A stretch of 64,000 bases of DNA. Source: Octopus bimaculoides. Lineage: Eukaryota. Below are positions 46,908-59,800 of this stretch, one piece after another. The notes below the pieces were generated by a model. It searched no databases. It saw only the letters and a list, made by a program, of their open reading frames with translations, and was not told the DNA's origin. The translations under genes and the position numbers were made by a program. Each line of letters begins with the position of its first letter. Position 1 is the stretch's first letter. The stretch lies in the NCBI RefSeq assembly GCF_001194135.2, contig NC_068985.1, forward strand, positions 107,303,054 through 107,367,053, written 5' to 3'.

Positions 46908-49900
46908 CTGAAATATATAAACAATATTTGTCAGAGTGTGGGGAAAAACATTTAAGTTTGATGGATCAGTTTATTATAATCTACTTTCAAGTGCAACATC
47001 AAAATTCTATTTATAAATAGAACATAGTGGAGAATTAGATCTTTATTTGGTTACATTAAACTTCCTGCCATCAAGTCAAATAACCTTCATTAGAAGAATA
47101 TGTCAATTAGGGTCAGAAGAGGTTCCTTTCAAAGAAGATTAGGATGGGTGGATAGAGGTTGAGTACAATGGTATTCTCCCATTAGCTTCTCAAGGCCACC
47201 AGGTTGTTTGAAAGTTAATACTGCAAGAAAATGGAGTATTTCTTAATTAATGCATATTTACAGGAACATGGCTTTTGAATCTTGGCCTGCTGGATGAAAG
47301 CTTGTCTAGTGATAATGATGAAACAGCTACCACCATCACCTCAATGACAAACTGCATCCTTCCTGTCTTCTCTTTCATTACATAAATAATTATTCTTTCT
47401 TTTCTGAACCAACAAGATGAGTACCACTGCTATTTTTCCTACTGTAACCTTTTCACCAATCTTTCATTTTAAGAACTGCAACCATTGTTCAGTTTTCCTA
47501 CAGATATTGACCAACAGAAACTCAAGCAGAATAAACACAATAGTGTGAATTTGCTATGCCATACATACAAATATTTCGAAGGAGATTAGCCACCCAGAGC
47601 TTAAATATCTAGTCCAGATTTTAGCAGCAGACACTGAATTGCAGTTATTCAGGTTGGATATCAACTGCAACAAACTTGTATTAAGAAACAATAGCCACAA
47701 GGCAGTAATTAGTTAAATGTACAAATCTTGCAGCCAGGTGCACAACATTTAATAAACTTACCCGTTCTCCCTTCGTCATTTTCTTTGGTCTAAGATTGAA
47801 GCCATCTAGTTCAAGTAAAGGAGCACCAAGGTCAAAGACATCCCTCAACAAATAGTTGGCCTGAAAGAAGAGACAAAATTATGAAATAATAAAAATTTTT
47901 TTTTAAAAACCCAAAAAACAAAAGATCTTTATAATTGGCAGAAACAGTTGACACTGTTAACTTAGAACAGAGTCGTCTTTATACAAAGAAAATCGACAAA
48001 TGAATAAAGGAACAAATCAAATATATTATAAACATCAAGGCAGAAGTAAATTTTAAAATTTTCAAGTGTAATGGTGTTAATTATAAATAAAATCATTAAC
48101 CCTTTCGTTGCTAGCGTTCGAAGACTTTACTTTAGTAAAGGACTCAATACATTGGAAATGTGTAATGTTTATTCTTTTAACAATGTAAAATGTTTCATTG
48201 CATATCCCATCTCAACTTAACTAATTTAAGCTCTACACACGTTAGACGAGATTGAACAATTTATAATTTGATAGAAATTTTACTTCGTAAGGGGAGATAA
48301 CTCCTTAGTAGTAAAAACAAGTCAAGTTAAACCCAATTAAATAAAGGAAAATAGAACGAGTACCACACTGGATGGGGTCGATATAATTGACTAAGGTTTT
48401 AAACCACCAACATAAATATGGTAAGACGACTGAAATCAGTGAAGGAATAAAAAGCATTCACACCATACATACACCTAAATACACACGGGAGGTAGTAAAG
48501 TAGGAATTACGTTGTGTAAATGAGGTGAAGGGCTTAAAATTGTTGAATTTACCTGAAAATGTTGAGGAGTACCCGACCCAAGAACTTGACAGAAGCTATC
48601 GTACTGTTTCTTCCTCGCCCAGCTGTCTAGGTAAAGGCACTCTGGTCCAAATTTGATCATGTCAGCAGGACTCTCCAAATCCTACAATAATAGATACACA
48701 AACATACATATTAAAACATTACAATAATATATACATAAGAGATATTTGATGACATCACTGAAATAATGGGTACATCAGTTGATAGCTAAAACAAAAGTGC
48801 ATAAATGAACAGGGCTAAAACATGGAGGAGATCGATTGGCACAACTAAAGCACAGGACACATTAGTTGACATGATTAAAATACATTCTTATCTACTTTAA
48901 AATAGGGCAGTGTATAATAAAGAAATTCCATCACATGCACAGAGCTCCTACCTCTGCTGGTGACAAAGGGCCTCTCGCTCAGAGTAAAAGGTAGACTGCA
49001 TGATGCCTGTGTATGAACAGCCATGCACAATTTGAATGTCTCTAACTTATCAATACCAAAAGGAAGATTAAAAAGAAATCAATGTAAGCAAGACAACAGT
49101 TTATCAATGGCCCTGCTCGATCTGTAGAAAAGGCGTAGGTAGAAACTCTATAAGATGTACCCAGTGCAAGCTATGGACACATAAGAGTTGCAGCAATATC
49201 AAAGGAAGACTAACTGGGAAGATAGTTTTTGTATGTAGCAGATGGAACAATAAACACTGGAAATGTGCAGAGAACAACTGTCACATTCCAGGGAGAAAAA
49301 CTAGAAGTAGTTAGCAGCTTCCTTTACCTAGGTGACCAAGTCAGTAGCAGGGGTGGATGCTCTGAAAGTGTAGCTGCTAGAATAAGAATAGCCTGGGCAA
49401 AGTTCAGAGAGCTCCTACCTCTGCTGGTGACAAAGGGCCTCTCGCTCAGAGTAAAAGGTAGACTGCATGATGCCTGTGTATGAACAGCCATGCTACATGG
49501 CAGTGAAACATGGGCCGTGACTGCTGAGGATATGCGAAGCCAGTATGCTCCGCTGGATGTGTATGTGGTGCGAATGGATGAGGACAGCTGTGTGAAAAAG
49601 TATCACACCCTAGCAGTCGAAGGAATCTGTGAAAGAGGTAGACCCAGGAAGACCTGGGATGAAGTGGTGATGCACGACCTTCGAACATTGGGCCTCACCA
49701 AGGCAATGACTAATGACTGAGACCTTTGGATATGCTGTGCTTGAGAAGACCCGGCAAGCCAAGTGAGACCATAACCTGTGGCCATGCCAGCGGTGTAACC
49801 AGCCTACTTATGTGTACCTTTCTTTCATTGGACATTAAACTTTGCTTGCGAAGACCTGTTGAGGCAAGCGAAATCACAATCAAAATCAAATTTGCTTACG

Positions 49901-50852
49901 TAGTCGATGACAGCACCGCCTGACTGGCACCCGTGCCAGTGGAACGTTAAAGCACAATCCGAGCGTGATCGTTGCCAGGGCCACTGACTAGCCCCTGTGC
50001 CGGTGGCACTTAAAAAGCGCCATTCGAACGTGATCGTTACCAGCATTGCCTTACTGGCACGTATAAAACAACATTCGAGCGAGGTCGTTGCCAGTGCCAC
50101 TGGACTGGCTCCTGTGCAGGTAGCACAAAAAACACCATTTGAGCGTGGTTGTCTACAATACCACTTGACTGGCCCTTGTGCTGGTGGCACATAAAAAGCA
50201 CCCACTACACTCTCAGAGTGGTTGGCATTAGGAAGGTCATCCAGCTGTAGAAACTCTGCCAAATCAGATTGGAGCCTGGTGCAGCCATCTGGCTCACCAG
50301 TCTTCAGTCAAACCGTCCAACCCATGCCAGCATGGAAAGCAGACGTTAAACGATGATGATGATGATGACAGAGTGTGTAGAGAGGCTAAAGCAGAGGTAA
50401 CATGATGCAAGCTGTGAAAAACTAGAACAACTAGGTATAAGAGGAATCAGGTGTTGTGCAATGCTATCACCAGTCCCACTCATATGCTGTGTAGACTGCA
50501 CTGCTATGGAGATGTAATGCATATAGATGATGGCAGCTGGGTAAAGAAGTGCCAAGAGATTCAAATGGAAGGGAGATGTGGGAGAACAACTAAGAAAGAC
50601 ATGGCAGAAGTGGTGAAAGCTAATTTTAGGATGTCATATTTCACAAAAGAGATGACAATAGAATGCAAAAAGTTACATTGTAATGAACAGTAATAACAAT
50701 ACGAACCTCTATAAACTTCAATATCCCTCTGAAGGTAGATCTTTGCTGCCGCCGATCCTTTTTGGCACGATGTTTACTGCCATCAGTAGCCAGCTGTTTT
50801 AACATCTCACACAAACTTACAATATCATCACCTTCAAATTCCTAATGAGACA

Positions 50853-50887
<35 letters not shown>

Positions 50888-53800
50888 CATTTCAATAATC
50901 TTTAAAATAGGTCTGAAGCTACTAATTTTAGAGAAGTGACAAAGGAGTTTAGTCGAGTGGCTGGTACTTATTTCATTGGGAACAGAAGAATGAATGACCA
51001 AGCTGACAGCAATGTTTGAACTCAGCATTAAGCAAGATATTTAGACCAGCACTCAACTGTCTTTAATGACTTCTTGCATTTTCACATTTTATAGAGGAGG
51101 GGTATATTGTTTGTACTTATTTTATCAGCTTTAGGATAAAAAGCAAAAATGATCAAAACAAGACTTTAACGTTAAAACAGAAAGAAACTGATATACTGAC
51201 AGCTACTCTTCCAAGGTTGTTAAAATATGCATCAATCAAGTATAAGGTTGATCTAGTAAAGTACATCCACCCCTAAAAGCATGTGGCTTTATCCTTATGT
51301 TAGAAATCATTTTCATTAATATTTAAAATATTGGCTTGAGAATGTATGTTGTTCATGGTTTTCTTAACATCATTAGAGACTTATTAAGCAAAATAATTTT
51401 TACTTTAATTGACTGTCAAATGATGGCCTGTAGATCTCTTAGATTATAACAAAGGATGGGAGTATAGATGAAAAACCAAACACTTGTACAGGACTAGTAC
51501 TTAGATCTTCAATCACAGAGCAATGATATGCAAAGTTGACAAAAGGATTAAAACTTAATACAGCGAAGCAAAACTAGATGTTGTACAGAATTTAGTGTAA
51601 TATCCTATCAATACAACCAATAATATTTCATTTTTACATTTACATAATTTGTTGAGAACAAAGGATGGAACTCAATCTCCTGAATTAAGCAGATTATAGG
51701 AACTTATTTAACTGACCAAAGCAAGATTTAAAGTCTGAACACAGGTTAGATATGGAAAGGCAGTTAGTTCAATGTAGCAGTTTGGGAAATATAGTGAGAG
51801 AGGGAAAGAGAGAGATAAAGGGTAAGTATATTTACCTGATCAATACCTCGCTGTAATTCATACATCAGTGCAATAGTTTCTCCTGCCACAATTCTTAGTT
51901 CCACATCTGGACTCTCTAACATACTTATTATATTACCCAAATGGCTGCAAGAAACAAGAAAAAAAAAAAAAATGATAATAATAATAGTGTGTGTACACTC
52001 CCTAATTCTGTTTGCCATGTACAAGATGATCTAATTTTAAAATTCCAGAAATATAATTTTACAGTCAACAACATAAAAATATACATATTAAAATTAAAAA
52101 AAAACAAAAAACAACCTAAACATAACTTTTTCAGATGGGACTCTTACAACTGTTGTGATATCATCATCAGTATCTAGACAGTTAGACAAGGGCCGACAAG
52201 TTGAAGGATTGTGGGTCATGTACCAATGTCTTCTTTGTGATGGGTTCCATGGATGGATGCTTTTCCTAATGCCAACCACGAATGTGATGGCTAAAAGGTT
52301 CATCATCACATGCTACATCAAAGATTTGGAGGGAACCAGATCATACAGCAAACTGTTTTCTTGCCTCATGAAAAATCAATAAGCACAAGTTTGGCCGTAT
52401 GGTTAAGTTTGCTTCATAACTGCGTGGTTTTGGGTTTGATTTCACAGCATGGCACCTGAGGAAATGTTTTCTATTAAAGCCTTAGACTGACCATTGCCCT
52501 GTGATTGAAATTTGGTAGATTTGCTGTTTTTCAATATTAGCATGGCTTAAATGAATATATTATTGAGACAGTGTTTTACAGCTGGATGTCTCTCCTGTCA
52601 GTGACCTTTACCTGTTTTTCAGGTAAAGGTCATATTTAACACATCTTCAAAAGTACAAAACAAGGAAACATTTTGTTGACAGAGAAGTGACAACAACACT
52701 GCTATAGTAGAAAATTTAGGGTGTTGCACAGTGGAACTGAACCTGAAAGCATATAGTTGCAAAGCCAACTTCTTAACCAAACCACACAGCCATGCTACAC
52801 ACACACATACACACACATGTAATTTGAAAATTGCATTTTGCCATTCAACAATCATTCTTATCAACTGCAACAAAAATATGTGTTTCTAATGCTAGTTAAG
52901 ATACAGAGATTAGATGAGAGTTGTTTGAAAACAGAGTGATTCAGCAGATCTACCAGAAAAAGTATGTTGCTACAAGTCACAAAAGAGACACAAGGAGCCA
53001 AACCACCACCAGTGCAGTAAACAGGTAAGTGATGTTAAACTTGTTTCTTATTTTTTACTCCTCTTGTCCTACATGTTCGTAAAAAATCTTTTGTGGTATT
53101 TTAGACCTCATTGTTTTAACGTCCACTTTTCCATGCTTGAATAGGTCAGAATTTGATGAGGCAGATTTTCTACAAATACGTGCCCTTCCTGTCACCAAAC
53201 TTCACTCATATTTTCCCATGGCCAGACATGTTTTTCACAGAAGACTAGAAACAAATGACACTCATTTATAACCATTAAGCTATATCAAAACAAAGACACA
53301 CACACATAACAGACTTCTTGAAGCTTCTGTCTACCAAATTCATTCACAACAATATGGTTGGCTCTAGGCTACATTAGAAGACATCTGCCCAAGGTGCCAC
53401 ACAATGGGATTGAATCTGAAACAACATGGATAGGAAGCAATTTTTTCACCCACACAGCTATGCCTGTCCTGATGTGCAGGATATATGTTATTATGACAAA
53501 CAGCACATCAAATACTAAAGGAAGAATCCACAATTTTAACTTCTAATTTGGTGTTCATACAATCAGCTTACTCAATCTAATTCTGACTGATCAAATGAAA
53601 TAAATTGGTATTTCAAGTAGACCAACCTATCTTTAAGTGTGGGGCATGGTGTCCAAAAATCATGGGACTCCAACAGTGAGGAAATGTGTGAGTGAACATG
53701 CATATGTGATTTTGTAAATAGTTATCAGACAAACCTGTCAACCATTTCTGCTATGTAGCTGTTGGGTGCAATTGATAGTAGTAAAGTCCAAGCTGACAAA

Positions 53801-56800
53801 GCACTAGAATAGAGACTAGAGAAAGGATCATTTTGGTTGGTGTTGGCCTTCTGGTTCTTCAGGTAAGATTCTTTGAATACTTGTTCCAGTGAACCCATTA
53901 TTTTACGCATCATCTGAAAGAAATGGATAATTTTATTAAAATATTAAATCAAATACAGACTCTTGGTAAAACTGCAGTCATCATCATCATCAATTATGAA
54001 CTAGCGCACTCCAGCTAATATGAATCTAAAGACAGTTAAAATAGACAAGGAATATAATATTGGTTTCAAATTTTGGCAAAAGGCCAGCAATTTTGGGGGG
54101 AGGGGCTAAGTTGATCACACTGACCCCAGTGTTCAACTGGTACTTAATTTATCAACCTTGAAAAGATGAAAGGCAAAGTCAACCTTGGTGGATTTTGAAC
54201 TCAAAATGTAAAGACAGACGAAATAGTGATAAGCATTTTGCCTGGCGTGAAAGTGCTTCTGCCAGCTCACTGCCTTTACAAGGAGTATAATATTAAAACT
54301 GGAAAATTGCTTCTTTGTAGATGAAGGATTAAATTTGTTTGTTACAAATATAGCAAGGGCTGATATTCTACAATAGATAAATATTAGTATCGCCACTTTT
54401 ATATCTGCCCTTTTTCCATGCTAGCATTGATGAGACAGTACTCTACAGCTGGATACTCTTCCTGATGCCAACCATTGTTTTTAAGTACATAACTTATTCT
54501 CCTGGTCTTCACAATAATTATAACAATAAAGGTGCAGGCATGCCTCTGTGATTAGGCAGCTTGCTTCTCAACTACAGTTTCGGGTGCATTCCTACTGCAT
54601 GGCAGTTTGGATAAGTGTCATCTACTATAGACTAAGACTAACTAAAGACTTGTGAGTGAATGTGTAGATGCAAGCTGTAAGAAACTCGTTGCATTTGTCT
54701 TTGTTTCGACATCACGTTAGTTGTAAAGGAGCATCACTGTCATATAAACAGTGCTGTTAGTTTCCAAGCTTCAGTGAAAATCTCTGGCTTTACAGAAATA
54801 TCACCTTGAAAGGAAACATGTAATGGTTGGCAACAGGAAGGGCATCCAGTCATAGTATACTCACCCCAGTAAATAATTCCGTCTGACTCATGCAAACATA
54901 ATGATGATGATAACTTATAAAATATCAAAATTCTGAGGGGTAAAACATTTACGTCTTGTAGGCCTAATGACAAAATAAGTAGGTAACCACCAAAATTTTG
55001 TGATCTGATAATGATTGTGCTACTGCTTATAAAGATATGTTGGTTTATGTATTTAGTTGCTTCACGGAGTTCTATTTTACTGTAGACGACCTACACATTG
55101 CATTTCTGATTTCAGTAGGAAAATAAAGAGAGTAAACTTAAGTAAACAGATAGATTAACATCATGCTGTAAATATCTGTATTTCCAAGATAACAAAAATT
55201 AAGTTGAGATAAAACAATTTTTTAAAATTGTTATTTGTCCAACAGTTTTTCCAGTGATGAAAACATCACTGACCAGGCAATGCAAATGAAAAAGAAATTA
55301 AGTATAAACTGTTTAACCCTTTAGCATTTAAGCTGGCCATATCCAGCTGAAATATTCTACCGGTTTTTTGTTCAAACTGGCCAGATATAGCCTCTCACAT
55401 CTATTCTACAATATCATTCTAAAAATATACAATTGCATCAACAAAATCTCAAACTTACGAGGTAATACTTGATTAATTCAAAATAATGTTTATAAATAAG
55501 CATTACGTTTGAAAAAAATAAGCTGAATGCTAAAGGGTTAAAACAAGATAAGCAAAAATGAGCTACTTTCCAAGTAAATTTACATGTAGAGTGTTTTTTA
55601 ACATCCATAGTTATTGTATATAGGAATTAAATTTTTAGTTAATTATTCATTTTTGGGGAGAGTGGGGCATGACTTTATGGTTAGATTCATGATCATAAGA
55701 TTGTAGCTTTGATTCCTGGACTGGATGATGTGTTGTGTTGTGTTCTTGAGCAAAACACTTCATTTCATGTTGCGCCAGTCCACTCAGCAGGTAAAAATGA
55801 GTCATCCTGCAACAGATCAGTGTCCTATCCAGGGAGGAAACTATATAGGCCAGGGAAACTGGCCCTATACTCCTTATGGAGAAATGTGGACTAATCTTTA
55901 TGCATTATTATTTTATACTGTTAATTTTTACGTTATTTCATTGCAATTTTTCTCTTGTTGCATTGTATTTTAATTAAAATTTTATATCATAATAAAAAAA
56001 TAATCACTGTAAGCATCAAAATGGCTGTGTAGTTAAGAAGCTTATTTTGCAATCACATGGTTTTGGGATTCAGTCCCACTGTGCAGCATCTTGGGTAAGT
56101 GTCTTCTGCTATAGCTTCAAGCCAACCAATGCCTTATGAGTGAATTTGATAGATGAAATTGTGTGGAAGATTGTCATATATATATATATATATATGTGTG
56201 TGTCTCTTTGTACTTACCCACCCCACCAGAACTTCTCCAGCAAAAGAGACCAACAGAATAAAGACCCAATTTGAAAAAAATAAATACTAGGATTAATTTG
56301 CTTGACTAGGCCTTCATGGTGGTACCCCAGCAAGGCTGCAGTCCAAGGACTGAACTCAATAAAAGATATATACAGGATGGACCAGAGCAAATTCTGTAGT
56401 TTTAATTTAAGTATCAATTCTCCATACTTTTACAGTTCAGTCTTTCCCACTGTTTTTTTTATTATGGAAAACAAAACAAAAACAAAAGCCACCAATGTTA
56501 TCAGTACTTTAAATACAACACTTCCTCTGTTATGTCTCAATGCTGTGCTGCTTATGTCTGATAGACGTAACTCTCTAAAGGGCACTGAAACTAGTTCCAA
56601 TTTTCCATGCTTCACTTCTTTATAACTATACATTGTAAGTATCATCACAAGCTGTTATATTACCCAGCATGCACCAGTCATTCATGTCTCCATTGAATGA
56701 AACACTTGATACTGTTAACCACAAGTATTTATTTAAAGATGTTGCTATCACTAAGATATATCCGTACTGATACCAGGTATCCTATTTACTATGTGAATAC

Positions 56801-59800
56801 ATGCATGCACGCGCACACACACATTTCTGCTTATATAAATAATGGCAACGACCTTGCTTATATACAGTGGTATCTAACTGATTATAATATTGCACACATA
56901 ATTATATGGATATGCAAATCATAGTACCATGCACTCACAATATCGTGTGGTACCTACTTACAGCTAGGAGGACTGGGCTGTTGATTGTCATGTGTCTTGG
57001 TCGTGGATACAGTCAAGTAGTAGAGGCAGGATTTGACCTCAATCCTTGCGGACAGTTACCCAATACCCTGACTTGATTCACCTGTGGCCGCCTGTGCAAG
57101 AAACGGAGAGTAAATAAAACCAAAAGCCCTTACCAACACATCACGGCAAGCGACAAAGCTACATATGGATAAGGTATCGGCACACTGTAGAGAGAAACGA
57201 AATTGAAGAGTATTAGTTGTGTAATGGACACAAAATAGAACGTCTCTAAAGTAAGCTGCTGTAAATAGGACTATAATTCTCCACACTATTAACCTTAAAT
57301 TTGAAGATGAAATTCTAAAAAAACATTTATATATTTCTCAAAGTTAAACCTACCCAAGAATGCCTAGAACATAAGGTACCTCATTTATAACACCTAGTGT
57401 CTATGAGGTACCTAAATGTCAGAATAGAAAAACATTGGAAAGCCCTCATGAAGAGAAATATTTCTTCAATTCTTTTACAGAGGGATTTTAAAAAATGCAA
57501 CAATAAAAGCTATTATTAGATGATAATTCTAAAGTGTAAAGAACACTAACTACAGGGTTATGAGAAGTTTTGGCCAAACCTATAACTTTAATAATAGTAA
57601 TAATTTTTTTTTTTTTTTTAAACCTGGGAATCTAAAATTTTTTCCAAATTTGTGGAAGTTATCCAGGTTGATAAAATATTTAAAACAAAAAAGTGGCAAA
57701 CTTGATCCTATCAACAGCAACATAAGTCAATGACCAAGTCCAGTTACTTATTAGTAGACACTATAATGGTGGGAATAGCACAAAGTAAATAGCAGCAACA
57801 CTAAGCAGTGATAAGTGTTTTGATTGTGTGCAGTATTTGAGCCATAAAAGAAGCACTAATAGTGTAGACATGATGTAGAATTTAGTGAACAACACTACAA
57901 AGTAAGACAACAGAATTAATGACAAGAAAAAAATCAGTATGGCCATTGCTTATCTACAGAGTGGTACCCAGCTAATTATAATACTGCACTCACAATATTG
58001 TGTAGTACATACTTACAGCTAGGTGGATTGAACTGTTGACAATCATGTGTCTTGGTTATGGATATAATGGAGTAGTAGAGACAGGATTTGATTTCAATCC
58101 CTTTGGACAGATATCCAATACCCTGACTCAAGCCTCCTGTGTCTACAGTGTTTGCACTGCTTAGTGGCAAGATGTAGCTGTACCTAAGACATGGTCAACA
58201 GATTCAAGATTTTTCAGGTGTCAAAATCATCCTATAATTAATGGTTACCTTTTGACGAGCTTTTACAGAGCTGGCATGGTCATTTAGCAGGTGCATCAAC
58301 GTCTCTCGCACATCTTCAAACAAGTCTTTGCTGTCTTCTCCAAGCTGGACAAAAAGTTGACCCACACAATGGGCAGCCAGTACCTGTTCCTCACATTTGC
58401 CCTTCTTCAAGAGACGTAACAGACTCTCTACAATTGTGAATTTGCTGGGGAGAGAAAGAGAAAGAAAGAGATAAATTTCTGGGATTAAGTCTGATCCTGA
58501 TAGTTTTAAAGAATTCAATAAATACTTCTTTAACCTCATATTGGTGATAGTGGTGTCAGTCAAGCTTCCAAATGAATCAAAGAAACAGTGTTTCCAATGG
58601 TTTTTCAAATTGCTGACATTATACAATGTTTGCAACCTTTCACAAATATGTCAGTTTTACAGTGATGAAGATTTGAACATAGCTAGAAAAGATACAAGGC
58701 ATCCTGTCCAATGATTGCTTTCCTAATGCCAACTAGTTTACAGAGTGGACTGGGTGCTACATAAAAAGTACCCAGTCCACTCTATAAAGTGGTTGGTATT
58801 AGGAAGGGCATCCAGCTGTAAAAGCCATGCCAAAACAAACCTTGCCTATGCTGGTGCCACGAAAAAACCTGCAGTCCACTCAGTAAAATGGTTGGCATTA
58901 GGAAGGACATCTAACCATAAAAAGCATGACAAAACAGACCTCACCAGTGCTGATGCCATATAAAAAGTACCCAGTCCATTCTGTAAAATAATTGACATTA
59001 AAAAGGGCATCAAGTAGTAAAAACAATACCAAAACAGATAGTGGAGCTTGATGCAGACCTCTGGCTTGCCAGCTTCTGTCAAACCATCCAACCCATGCCA
59101 ATATGGAGAACAAACATTAAATGATGACCACCCTGGAATAGTACTATGGTGTATCAACCCCAAAATGAGGAAAGACAAAATTGACTGTGGCAGGACTTGA
59201 ACTTGGACAGTAGAGAGTTGGAACAACTGCCAATCCACCACTTCATTTTAGTGACAATCAACCAGAGCCCAAACATCAAAGCAAGCTCTATCTTCGTTGG
59301 CCTCACTCAAAACGAGCTGCAGTACATTTCATTATATAAAACAAAGTGTAGCATTTCCCAGATCTATATCCAATAAAATTGATTGCAGCAACAAAATAGA
59401 AAGAAATGAAAGAGGATCTACTCACACATTCAAGAGAAAGTCACAAATGTATTTGGTGGAAAGAGCTTTGATAAGGTTGTTTAAACAGTTGATACGCGTT
59501 TGTTGACTGGAATGTAATCAAAGAAAAAATAGGTTTGAGAAAAGCATTTATAGAAGTAGAGGCACTTAGATTCACTATTATTATTTTATGATAAAATTAC
59601 ATATATTTGTTCTTTTAATGGTTCTATTATGATGCAGTTGTTATGCTAGGAGTTGTTCTTTTATTTCCACAACACCTAGCAGATATCACAGATATAAAAA
59701 AAAATTGATTATGGCTAAATTTCAATTAGTGGACATTTTAAAGGCTATTATTTAAACATGTGGATGCTGATACAAAGAATGTTTGTTTTGATCAAGGAGC

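Noticed and set aside
49950-50200. Regularly spaced repeats that superficially resemble a CRISPR array
   Set aside because: Whole units are degenerate copies without unique spacers, they recur at 920, 6750 and 43500 as part of the RTE 3'UTR, and the genome is eukaryotic.
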